A stretch of DNA of 64,000 nt from an uncultured virus (IMG/VR IMGVR_UViG_3300034120_003123) (lineage: Duplodnaviria > Heunggongvirae > Uroviricota > Caudoviricetes): IMG/VR virus record IMGVR_UViG_3300034120_003123. The stretch is one strand, 5' to 3'. The notes under the pieces were generated by a model, which was not told the DNA's origin, ran no database searches, and saw only the letters and a program-made list of their open reading frames with translations. Position 1 is the first letter of the stretch. The number at the start of each line of letters is the position of its first letter. A program made the translations under genes and the position numbers. Positions 1-8,702 of the stretch are shown here, in pieces.

Positions 1-255
1 CATGACTTTAGCTATAGCTGTAGCCACTACATGATTATCTACAGTTCTATTACCGTTTACATGACCGTTGAAAGAAGATATTTCTACGTCTACGTAACCA
101 TGGGGTAGAGCACTGCTATGATAAGCCATGCACTCAGCCATTGATGAACAAATACAGCGAGCCGCAGGACACCTATTCTCAGCAGGCCTGTACACTCCAC
201 ATTTTGCTCTCAATTCTGAAAGCTTTTTGTTATATACACTTTCTATTTCGGTCAT
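1..255 (-). CDS. 5' part of a gene running off the left edge; possible DnaC/IstB-like helicase loader (Zn-binding N-terminus)
   Basis: Not in the ORF track. ATG at 255-253 overlaps the IF3 stop (ATGA) and the frame is open to base 1: MTEIESVYNKKLSELRAKCGVYRPAENRCPAARCICSSMAECMAYHSSALPHGYVDVEISSF... The Cys cluster followed by 'LPxxY-x5-F' resembles phage DnaC N-termini. No Walker A motif is visible within the window. Confidence 0.5.
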   Translation of the reverse strand, partial: MTEIESVYNKKLSELRAKCGVYRPAENRCPAARCICSSMAECMAYHSSALPHGYVDVEISSFNGHVNGNRTVDNHVVATAIAKVM

Positions 256-746
256 TTTATAAACACAGTAATTTTATCGGGAGAATACTGAAACTCAATA
301 TTTTCAGTGACAATACCAGCTTCGCTCAAGCAATTTACTATCATCTGCTTGAGTGGCTCAACATTAAACTTTTCTTTTTTTGTCTTAAACTTCACTCCAA
401 AAAGAACAGAATATTTTTTGGAAACAAACTCTTTTAGCTTATTTACCTTAGTTTCAAGGTCATGCTTGCCAATATGGGCAGTTATAAAAAGCTCTTTCGT
501 TTTGTGCGTGGAGGACTGTTTCTGCTTTGAAAGTTCATATTTGAACTTTCCAAAATCCATAATCTTGCAAGTTGGACGGTTTGAGTCAACAGAAACCTGA
601 ACAAGGTCCAGCCCTGCATCTCGCGCCCTCCTAAGGGCATCATCAATATGTACAGAACCACAAGACCTTCCTGACTCATCAATCAGGTGCACAAAAGAAG
701 CACGAATGTTGAAATTAACCGGGTATTTTTGAGCTAAGGAACTCAT
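252..746 (-). CDS. infC: Translation initiation factor IF3 (phage-encoded homolog)
   Basis: IF3 N-domain motifs NxxIRA..V.LID..G, DALRRA..AGLDLVQV, PTCKIMDFGKFKYE; C-domain KEL..T.HIG.HDLETK. Confidence 0.93.
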   Translation of the reverse strand: MSSLAQKYPVNFNIRASFVHLIDESGRSCGSVHIDDALRRARDAGLDLVQVSVDSNRPTCKIMDFGKFKYELSKQKQSSTHKTKELFITAHIGKHDLETKVNKLKEFVSKKYSVLFGVKFKTKKEKFNVEPLKQMIVNCLSEAGIVTENIEFQYSPDKITVFIK

Positions 747-1594
747 TATCTTATCTTTACTCCTATAAAGTTTACGCCAGTTTTGTCTGTCAACGCAACA
801 AACAAACGCTCAGGCGCTATTTTGTCAAAACGCTCACTATAAGGACCGTATTGCTCAGTTGTTTTCCTCAATACGCTATCCTTAATATTTCTTGTAGTTA
901 CTAAATCTGCAACTGCTGCAGCAACATATTCCAAAGCATCTTCCCACGAAAACTTTTTAGAATAAAATAAGAATGCAAATGGAATTACAACTCCATAGCA
1001 TTTGACAAATTCTGCAGCGTCTCCCCTAAAATATAAGTCAAGTAAAGACTCATTTACTGGAAGTCTACTATCTTTATTTTTTACCTCAAGATTTTCAGAA
1101 GATGAAGAAGAAAAATGCATGATAAAAGATGCAACAACTTTTGGATGCACCATTTTTTTAATATTCCAACTTCTAGATCTAACAGTATCTTTTAACACTT
1201 GATTTTCAAAATACCAAGATATATATCGAGCCTTTAGCATCTTGACTTGGCATTCTGGAAAGTTGTTGACGCAGATTTCTTCAATAACATTCAAATACAT
1301 ATATCCATGAGCTGGAGGTATGTGCACGGAAGAAACAAATTTTTGAAAATAAAGATGCTTAACAAAATCTAAAAAGTCTTTCTTGTTCCATTCAATGATG
1401 TTTTTTGATCTAAATTCACCAGCAATACGCTCGTCAAGCCAATCTGAATTTGCTATTTTGAAAGTTTCTGAAGGAAAGAGGTCGGAATTTTCTTGAAAAG
1501 AAATTTGTTTTTTAATTTCAATAGATACCCCATCGACTTCTTCTTTTGCCTTCTTAACGGCGTCTTTAATGGCTAGCTTATTCATCCTACCCAT
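746..1594 (-). CDS. Hypothetical protein (282 aa) in replication module
   Basis: Long ORF overlapping both neighbours; no recognisable motif. Confidence 0.7.
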   Translation of the reverse strand: MGRMNKLAIKDAVKKAKEEVDGVSIEIKKQISFQENSDLFPSETFKIANSDWLDERIAGEFRSKNIIEWNKKDFLDFVKHLYFQKFVSSVHIPPAHGYMYLNVIEEICVNNFPECQVKMLKARYISWYFENQVLKDTVRSRSWNIKKMVHPKVVASFIMHFSSSSSENLEVKNKDSRLPVNESLLDLYFRGDAAEFVKCYGVVIPFAFLFYSKKFSWEDALEYVAAAVADLVTTRNIKDSVLRKTTEQYGPYSERFDKIAPERLFVALTDKTGVNFIGVKIR

Positions 1595-3104
1595 TACTAT
1601 CCATCTCTATGTCTGAGATTTCAAATTTTGGCTCAGTTTTGTACATTTTTCTTCTAGCCTGACTGTGCTTTCTCATGTATTTTATATCATCAAAAAAATC
1701 AATGATAATGGCATCTTTTTTACCCTCATAAGATCTGATTACCCTTCCTATTCTTTGTAAAGCTCTGGTTTGACTTTTTCCAGAACCAGCAAGAATTAAT
1801 GCACTAAGCGGTCTTACGTCTACGCCCTCATCAAATATTGAAGAGGCAATAATACACCTATGCTTTCCCTTCTTCATCATGCTAATTGCGTTTTGCCTAC
1901 TCTTACTGGCAATTGACCCATGTAAAAATATAGAATTAGGTATCATATCTTGAAGAATTTCGCCATGAGCGACATGTCTAACTAATATTAAAGTTTGGCG
2001 ACCATCAGCGACCATTTGCTCTGCAAGATTTTTAATAATTGTGTTCCGATATGTATTCTCTACGATGCCTCTTTTGTATACTTCTGCATATGTACCGCCA
2101 AGCCTATTTTTAATGTGAACAAAATATATCTTAGGCGGAACAAGAACGTTTTTTTCTATTAACTTACTGGCACTAATTTCAGAAATAATTTTACCAAAAC
2201 AAGCATCAATAAGCAAATCATCATCCATGTCGCGCCATGGAGTAGCTGACACTCCATATCTATAACGAGCAGATTTGCAATGATCGCTTATTATTTGACA
2301 TGTAGATGCGGCCCAGTGCTGCACTTCATCACAGATAATCATTTTAGACTTGTTGATAAGATCTTTAATTGCTTGCCTTTTTGAATCATCTTTATCAATA
2401 AACTCAGAACTATCTTCATCGTCTTCTTCATCAAATTGTTGATATTTTATGCCAAAAGCTCTTATAGCTGTTTGTACTGTAACCACATTTATATCTTTAA
2501 TGTCGCACCTGCCAGCTCCAACCACGCCAACCTCTACAGGCTTACCATTAGACATAATAAGTTTTTCCAACTCTTCCTTAGCCTGATGTAGCAAATCCTT
2601 GGTTGTTACAAAGAAGCATACAGGAAAGGCCCCTACCTTAGCGATAATAGAACCTGCGATAACGGTCTTGCCAGCTCCAGTAGCAGCCTTTATGATGCCA
2701 CGTTGCTTCTTAACAGCATTAGACACCGCCTCTTCTTGATAGTCTCTTAAGCTGTATACGTCACTTAAATCTAATGGGCAAAGATCATCGATTTTCTCTC
2801 TACAATCAACAATTTCATAGCTTATGCCTTTAGAATCAAAGAATTCTCTTGCATGAGACAATAAGCCTGTAGGAAAATGCATTTCTGACTTTTTATTTGG
2901 ACATCTGCATTTTCCAGAGCCATAACAAACGGTTGTTATCCAGCCGTCCCAATGAGGATTTGCGTTTGACATCCAAACAGCATCTTGTGGCTTGTATCCA
3001 AGTTTCTTTTTAAACTCGGCGTAAATTTGCCCAGACAAAGGCGGATTGATGTAAGTTACGACATTATCTACTTTCAGCTTCATCATCTTTGCATTCATCG
3101 TCAT
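1587..3104 (-). CDS. Superfamily 2 DNA helicase, UvsW/Rad25-like
   Basis: LRDYQ (Q motif), AATGAGKT (Walker A), ICDEVQH (motif II), VSATP (III), DEGVDV (V), QRIGRVIR (VI). The true start may be at MMKLK (~3086). Confidence 0.92.
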   Translation of the reverse strand: MTMNAKMMKLKVDNVVTYINPPLSGQIYAEFKKKLGYKPQDAVWMSNANPHWDGWITTVCYGSGKCRCPNKKSEMHFPTGLLSHAREFFDSKGISYEIVDCREKIDDLCPLDLSDVYSLRDYQEEAVSNAVKKQRGIIKAATGAGKTVIAGSIIAKVGAFPVCFFVTTKDLLHQAKEELEKLIMSNGKPVEVGVVGAGRCDIKDINVVTVQTAIRAFGIKYQQFDEEDDEDSSEFIDKDDSKRQAIKDLINKSKMIICDEVQHWAASTCQIISDHCKSARYRYGVSATPWRDMDDDLLIDACFGKIISEISASKLIEKNVLVPPKIYFVHIKNRLGGTYAEVYKRGIVENTYRNTIIKNLAEQMVADGRQTLILVRHVAHGEILQDMIPNSIFLHGSIASKSRQNAISMMKKGKHRCIIASSIFDEGVDVRPLSALILAGSGKSQTRALQRIGRVIRSYEGKKDAIIIDFFDDIKYMRKHSQARRKMYKTEPKFEISDIEMDSNG

Positions 3105-3288
3105 TTTCTTGGCACGGCATAATTAAGCCAAGTTGATATATTCTTCTTTTTTTCATCCGGTTATTTTTATTTATCTTAACATCCATTCCACTCAACTCAA
3201 GGGATGGATAAGAAACATTTTTATTAAAATGTGGCAATCCAGAATCGCCAAAACCATCTACTGGACCAGACGTTCTTCCCTTACCCAT
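3064..3288 (-). CDS. Small hypothetical protein (74 aa)
   Basis: Fills the gap between co-oriented genes with short overlaps at both ends. Confidence 0.45.
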   Translation of the reverse strand: MGKGRTSGPVDGFGDSGLPHFNKNVSYPSLELSGMDVKINKNNRMKKRRIYQLGLIMPCQENDDECKDDEAESR

Positions 3289-3469
3289 TTGATTTTTCCA
3301 AATTATCTTTTAATCTAAGTGTGCTGTTAAGCACCATTTGCCTAACACCAATTATTTTTTCATGTGATAAAATAAATTTACCAGAAAGGTTGAAACTTAT
3401 TATTGTGTCAATCTTTTGCAATATTTTTTTTAAATTTTCTAATTCTAATTCTATTTCTTCTTTTTTCAT
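3281..3469 (-). CDS. Small hypothetical coiled-coil protein (62 aa)
   Basis: ATGA overlap with the upstream gene; heptad-like Leu/Ile pattern. Confidence 0.6.
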   Translation of the reverse strand: MKKEEIELELENLKKILQKIDTIISFNLSGKFILSHEKIIGVRQMVLNSTLRLKDNLEKSNG

Positions 3470-4473
3470 GAACGCATCTCCTCAATTAGCTTTTGTATAA
3501 CCATAGTATCATCTGAAGATCCGTGGTCCTTTACTCTTAACATAAACTCCAAGCTTGCTCCAGAAAGTCCCGATTCTTTACGAGCACTTTCAATATTTTC
3601 CCAAATAGCATTTGTGATTGGAGCCCATTTTTTTGTAATATTAAAATCTGGGCCTCTAGCTGGAGCTAGCATTTTTTCTATCAAACCATATATCCAGAAA
3701 TTTCCATCATTAAGATTCATTCTTGCTGTTTTAATTGAAGATGTCGTAGAGTTAAGCCAGTGTTTGCCAGCGATAGTATCAGAATACATTTGCAATAAGC
3801 CTATAAAAGCATCTGCCTTAACCATATCATCATTAAAATAAGAAACAGCAAATGGATAAAGCATCCTCATAATTTCTGGACTATTTAATGAGTCTTTGAT
3901 AAATCCAGAAGAGTTTTTCTTTTGAGATTTTTGCATATAATCAGCTAAAATTAATATAAAAGCATCTCTAAACTCAGATTTTAAATTTCTTATACCTATA
4001 CTATAACCTTTTTCATTGACAGAAAAATCGTAACATCCGTAAGAATGACACTGCACATTTAAATCTATTTTATCAATATTAAAGTATGGGTATATAACGT
4101 TCTTTGTTGCTATAACGTAAAATGGAAAGTTTTGACCATCAGTATTTGCATTAGGAATATGATATTCGCTATTGTTAAAATATAGATCACTTAAAACAGA
4201 GCAAGAGCTTAATCCGTTTTCCATTACAGACTGATCTATTTCTATGCCGTGTAGCGTTTTAAAATTACTAAAATATTTATTTACTATGGTAAGATTAATT
4301 TGTTTGCGGGAAAATTTTTTGTAAATACAAAATTCCAATGGATTACTATCGCCCACCTGACTGTCAGTCATATTTATAGATATATCAAATGGATAAACAC
4401 CATAGTCCCTACATGCTGACTTAATTATGAAATAAGGCAATACAAAATTATTTAGAGATATCTGTGTCTTCAT
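3466..4473 (-). CDS. Hypothetical protein (335 aa)
   Basis: Long co-oriented ORF overlapping its neighbours; no motif recognised. Confidence 0.7.
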   Translation of the reverse strand: MKTQISLNNFVLPYFIIKSACRDYGVYPFDISINMTDSQVGDSNPLEFCIYKKFSRKQINLTIVNKYFSNFKTLHGIEIDQSVMENGLSSCSVLSDLYFNNSEYHIPNANTDGQNFPFYVIATKNVIYPYFNIDKIDLNVQCHSYGCYDFSVNEKGYSIGIRNLKSEFRDAFILILADYMQKSQKKNSSGFIKDSLNSPEIMRMLYPFAVSYFNDDMVKADAFIGLLQMYSDTIAGKHWLNSTTSSIKTARMNLNDGNFWIYGLIEKMLAPARGPDFNITKKWAPITNAIWENIESARKESGLSGASLEFMLRVKDHGSSDDTMVIQKLIEEMRS

Positions 4474-4909
4474 TTTCTAAATTGTCCCATTTTGCGTACA
4501 TTTCAATTTCAGCATCTGTCAATCCCAAGTATTTTAAAAACTCCAAATAATTATCATTATGTTTCATAAAATTTTTTAACTTTAAAAAATCTTTTTCGAA
4601 ACTTACCATTTTACTTTTCTTTTTCTTTGAAGCTCCAACCTTAGAGTGTTCTACAACAATCGGCTCTTCGTCAAAACTATTCAATATTTCGGCTGCTAAT
4701 TGGTATGCAGAAAGATTTGCATCAGTGTATATTGTGGTATGAGAAACTTTATTACAAAATTTGCATCTACTTTCGTAAAATAAACATGGCTTTTTATCCT
4801 GTAGTTTTATGCCCACTTGCACTATAGCAGCATCCCTCATGGAACCAGAACAATGAGGGCATTCTCGCTTTTTCATAAAATTATGAGCCCAATCAGGTAT
4901 ATTTAGCAT
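4448..4909 (-). CDS. Zinc-ribbon protein (153 aa)
   Basis: CPHC...CKFC pair; Lys-rich central patch; TAATG coupling to the upstream gene. Confidence 0.7.
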   Translation of the reverse strand: MLNIPDWAHNFMKKRECPHCSGSMRDAAIVQVGIKLQDKKPCLFYESRCKFCNKVSHTTIYTDANLSAYQLAAEILNSFDEEPIVVEHSKVGASKKKKSKMVSFEKDFLKLKNFMKHNDNYLEFLKYLGLTDAEIEMYAKWDNLENEDTDISK

Positions 4910-6129
4910 TACATGTTCCCCAAGTCAAGGTCGTACCGCCATGTCACTCCATGACTATTATTAATACCAAAAATCTTCTGCTCGGGCCTGCTATACTTAT
5001 GTAAGTTTTTTATGGCATAAACATCGGCTCCCACAAATGACCCATTAATAATCATTTTGCCAAAATTAGATGTTAATTCTGTAGATTCATGAAAGTGTCC
5101 ACATATTGTATAGTCTGGCCTTGCTTTCAGCATACCCGACATGCTTGCAGAAAATCTTTCTAAGTTTTTAATGGCATTACCACTACCTCTTACGTCGTCA
5201 CCATGGACTAGTAAAAAATTATGGTCTTTAATGTTTTCCATAATCCACCAGGTCTTTGGAATATTAAACTCTATACGGGGATTTTCTGAAAATTTTACTC
5301 TTAGCATATGGTAAATAACATTATCCCAGTTGGCGTAATCTTTTTCTACTCCATTAGGAGCTATGCGACCATGATTGCCACGCACTCCATAAAATTTAAT
5401 GTTCTTGAATATAGTCAAAAGATATTGAATGCTTTGAGACAAGTGCTCAAAACCAAGCATTAATTGGTCATATACTGGAGTGTCAATATATACTGGAGAC
5501 CATGCTCCTGCAGCATTACTCCCATCCACAATATCACCTAAACAAAATATATGCAAAGTAGGCAACTCGTAAAGGTAGCTATGCAATTCATATATATCAG
5601 AAACACTTTTTTGCAAACAATGCAACCTTTTAATAAAAATGTCTAAATTGTATTGCGACAATCCACCAGTTTCCTCCATACTATGAGAGTGACCTATGTG
5701 TAAATCACTAAGTATTAAACCGACATGCTCTTCACCCCTGTGATTCTTTCGTCTTGGTGGGTTCCAATTGCAACGTTTAATTTCTGGCAATTTTTTAACG
5801 GCTTTTTCCATGCGATCAGCAACAATGTCATATCTCATTCTGTACATGCTAAGCCTGTCTTCTACTGACTTCATTTGCTTCTGTTCAAAAGCAGCCTTCT
5901 TAGCTTTCGCATTTCTTTCTAAAACTATGTCTGCTATACCAGAAGAAACCCAGTCATGTTTAAGCCACTTGCTTTTGCACGCTTCTACAGACCTCTTTAA
6001 CTCCTCTGCTATGACAGCATAAGGAACACCTTGCATTTTAGCCAAGTAAAGATACTCTAAATCTTCGACTCCCCATGCATTATTCTCGATACTGCCGTCA
6101 GCCATAGGCTTATTATTTGCTTTTGCCAT
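4909..6129 (-). CDS. Calcineurin-like metallophosphoesterase/nuclease with N-terminal Myb/HTH-like domain
   Basis: SDLHIG, LGDIVDG, GNHGR, VHGD and GHFH metal-binding motifs; N-terminal W..ED...L...IAEELKRS..ACKSKW. Confidence 0.88.
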   Translation of the reverse strand: MAKANNKPMADGSIENNAWGVEDLEYLYLAKMQGVPYAVIAEELKRSVEACKSKWLKHDWVSSGIADIVLERNAKAKKAAFEQKQMKSVEDRLSMYRMRYDIVADRMEKAVKKLPEIKRCNWNPPRRKNHRGEEHVGLILSDLHIGHSHSMEETGGLSQYNLDIFIKRLHCLQKSVSDIYELHSYLYELPTLHIFCLGDIVDGSNAAGAWSPVYIDTPVYDQLMLGFEHLSQSIQYLLTIFKNIKFYGVRGNHGRIAPNGVEKDYANWDNVIYHMLRVKFSENPRIEFNIPKTWWIMENIKDHNFLLVHGDDVRGSGNAIKNLERFSASMSGMLKARPDYTICGHFHESTELTSNFGKMIINGSFVGADVYAIKNLHKYSRPEQKIFGINNSHGVTWRYDLDLGNM

Positions 6130-6904
6130 TTATGCTCCTAATTTGTTCTAAAAAAGATTTGTGAATAGATTGAACGTATACATGAGCTTTTATCATGTCA
6201 TTTTTTTTACTAACAGTCAATCCAGAATCTGAGACTCTATAAATTGTGAGAGGACCTTGAATATTTGCTAGTCTCATACCACTTTTACACATTCTAATCC
6301 ATAAATCAAAATCTTGCGCCAGTCTTAAATTTTCATTTTCAGAATAACCATTCATTTTTTGAAAAGAATGTAATCTCATCATTACGGTGGGATCAATCAT
6401 CGGATTAACCCTTCCTGGCAACATATTGAGTATATCGGCATTATCTCTTGGGGGATAAGACATTGTGTCTATAAAGTTGCCTTGACTATCTATTTTATAC
6501 GCATGACCGCCAACAGCATGAACATCTGAAAATTGTTTTAAAAAATTAATTTGAAAAAATAATCTAAATGGCATCATGATATCATCTATGTCGTGTATGG
6601 CAATAAATTGACAATCACAATGAGATATAAGAATATTTCTGGCAGAGGGAACTCCTAGATTATTTTTGACATGATATATTTCATAATCCACTTCACTACT
6701 AGACAAAATTTGAGAACACACATCTAAAGTAGAATCTTCAGATGCATCATCCAGTAGCATCAATTTAAAAGCACAAGACTTTTGTAAGATAACAGATTCA
6801 AGTGACTCTTTTGCATATACAGATCCATTACGAGCACAGCATATAACACATACATCGTGATTACTGCGAGTGATTCTTGATTTAATCTTGTATAATTTTT
6901 GCAT
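6113..6904 (-). CDS. Glycosyltransferase family 2 (GT-A)
   Basis: ESLESVILQ, LLDDASEDST, NLG...ARN, HDIDD (DxD), AQDFDLWIR. Confidence 0.92.
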   Translation of the reverse strand: MQKLYKIKSRITRSNHDVCVICCARNGSVYAKESLESVILQKSCAFKLMLLDDASEDSTLDVCSQILSSSEVDYEIYHVKNNLGVPSARNILISHCDCQFIAIHDIDDIMMPFRLFFQINFLKQFSDVHAVGGHAYKIDSQGNFIDTMSYPPRDNADILNMLPGRVNPMIDPTVMMRLHSFQKMNGYSENENLRLAQDFDLWIRMCKSGMRLANIQGPLTIYRVSDSGLTVSKKNDMIKAHVYVQSIHKSFLEQIRSINGKSK

Positions 6905-7958
6905 ACTGTTTAGCTATATTGCTCCAAGTTATTTTTTTAGCAAAATCTACACCTTCTTCAGATAACTGTGAGTACTTTTTATCATCATTTAATAATTCTA
7001 AAATAACTTTTACATGATTATGTAACAAATTTTGTTCTGGAATAACGTAACCTGCATGGTCATAAGAGCAATCCTTATTAACAATGCCACCGGAAATACT
7101 ACTAACGTTGCCAACATTAAATGACACCCAAGGAAGACCTGAAGCAGCACTCTCTATAATGCACAAAGGAGCAACTTCCTTAAGAGAACAGAATAAAAAC
7201 AAATCGCTAGACTCTAGCCCTTTTATAAGCTCAGAACGATCTTTATCTATATGAAAATATACTGGATACTTTTTTGTTTTACTAAATTGACAAAGCTGAT
7301 TTTGCAATCGCTTACCAACATCCCATGACGGGGTATGACAAAAAATGTGTAAGTTAAATTTTAATTTTTCTAATAAAATATCGCAAACTTGTAAAAGCTC
7401 AACATGTCCTTTTTTAGGAAAAGTATTTGCCACACAAATGATATTTTTTATATCTCCATTAGATATATTTTTAGGTGTAAATTTAAACTCTTTTTCACTT
7501 ACGCCATTTGGGATAATCGAATATGGGATGTTATTTTCCCTAAGGAAAATTGCATCAACGTAATTTTCATCATGACATACAAAATTAATATGCGTTAAAT
7601 TTTTTAACATTGTTTCTTTTAGCGCAGAACTCGACCTCATTCCCGTAAATCCAACAGGAAAAATAATTATACGTTTTTTGAATTCTACATTTAACTTCAA
7701 AACTTGCATAAGATTTATAAAAGCATCACTATATATAATTATAACATCATAATGAAAAAGAATATATTTAATCTTTTCAATATTCATTTTATAAATATTT
7801 ACTCCGTTGTGTACAGTATCTTTTGAAACATCCCAACCGAATACGTCAACACATATGTTTTTGTCTAATAAATGTTCTGTTACATTTTTAATAACCATTT
7901 CAGATCCACCAACGTGAAATGGATAAATATGGTTAGATAAAATACATGCTTTTTTCAT
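6882..7958 (-). CDS. Glycosyltransferase family 4 (GT-B)
   Basis: YP..VGGSE, IIPNGV, KKGH, S.KEVAPLCIIESAASGLPWVS (E-x7-E). Confidence 0.92.
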   Translation of the reverse strand: MKKACILSNHIYPFHVGGSEMVIKNVTEHLLDKNICVDVFGWDVSKDTVHNGVNIYKMNIEKIKYILFHYDVIIIYSDAFINLMQVLKLNVEFKKRIIIFPVGFTGMRSSSALKETMLKNLTHINFVCHDENYVDAIFLRENNIPYSIIPNGVSEKEFKFTPKNISNGDIKNIICVANTFPKKGHVELLQVCDILLEKLKFNLHIFCHTPSWDVGKRLQNQLCQFSKTKKYPVYFHIDKDRSELIKGLESSDLFLFCSLKEVAPLCIIESAASGLPWVSFNVGNVSSISGGIVNKDCSYDHAGYVIPEQNLLHNHVKVILELLNDDKKYSQLSEEGVDFAKKITWSNIAKQYAKIIQD

Positions 7959-8680
7959 GCTTCATTCCTAAAAAGTATACCACCACCAAATCTACCTCTC
8001 CATTTGTTTCTAAAATTATTAAGAGATTTTCGAAATGACATAGAGGCATTCAATGATCTTTGACCAAGAGTTTGATGAGGCATGTGATCTATCTTTGAAT
8101 TTTTATTCCATAATACAGGAATTTTTTTGTCATACGCTCTTAAACAATAATCTGGATCTTCAAAGTATGCGGGATTAAAACTATCGTCAAAACTTCCTAT
8201 TTCGTCAAAAGCTTCTCGCGAAATCATCATTCCTCCACATCCTACGTAAGAAAACCCACTATCTTTTAAAGAACATTTTCTTAATGGTGTAAAATTACTA
8301 GATAAAATCCAAGCCTCAATGCCACACAAAGACTTCTTATGAAGATTAAATAAATCTACATATCCTTCTGCCCATTTTTCTTTCACAAACTGATCATTGT
8401 CTATAAACATAATATGACTAAATTGATTTTGTTGTTTAAAAAAATTAAATATCATATTTCTTCCGCCTATCACTCCAGTATTGGTTTCGCTTTTTTCAAT
8501 TGTAATATTTTTTTTATCTTTACAAAAATTAACAATTTCTTGAAATGACCCATCGCTGGAATTATTATCTAAAAGATATATTGAATAATTTATATCATGT
8601 GTATAATTTTCTATACAGGTTATACACTTGGCGGTAACAGCCGACTTGTTGTATTGCAATATGCCAATCAAGAGATTCAT
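7955..8680 (-). CDS. Glycosyltransferase family 2 (GT-A)
   Basis: LLDNNSSDGS, NTG..GGRN, FIDND, IG.FD..F.PAYFEDPDYCLRA. Confidence 0.92.
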   Translation of the reverse strand: MNLLIGILQYNKSAVTAKCITCIENYTHDINYSIYLLDNNSSDGSFQEIVNFCKDKKNITIEKSETNTGVIGGRNMIFNFFKQQNQFSHIMFIDNDQFVKEKWAEGYVDLFNLHKKSLCGIEAWILSSNFTPLRKCSLKDSGFSYVGCGGMMISREAFDEIGSFDDSFNPAYFEDPDYCLRAYDKKIPVLWNKNSKIDHMPHQTLGQRSLNASMSFRKSLNNFRNKWRGRFGGGILFRNEA

Positions 8681-8684
8681 GCTA

Positions 8685-8698
8685 ATTTATCGTAATTT
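8685..8698 (-). promoter_or_regulatory. Candidate promoter motif AAATTACGATAAAT
   Basis: Lies in the 22-nt spacer just upstream of the GT cluster. Related motifs occur in the two other larger spacers (29876, 46769). Confidence 0.35.
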
Positions 8699-8702
8699 AA
8701 AG

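Noticed and set aside
252..746. infC as evidence of a bacterial chromosome
   Set aside because: No thrS/rpmI/rplT or other housekeeping genes; divergent C-domain; phage-like neighbours. Capsid and terminase genes are not in this window, so viral origin remains an inference.
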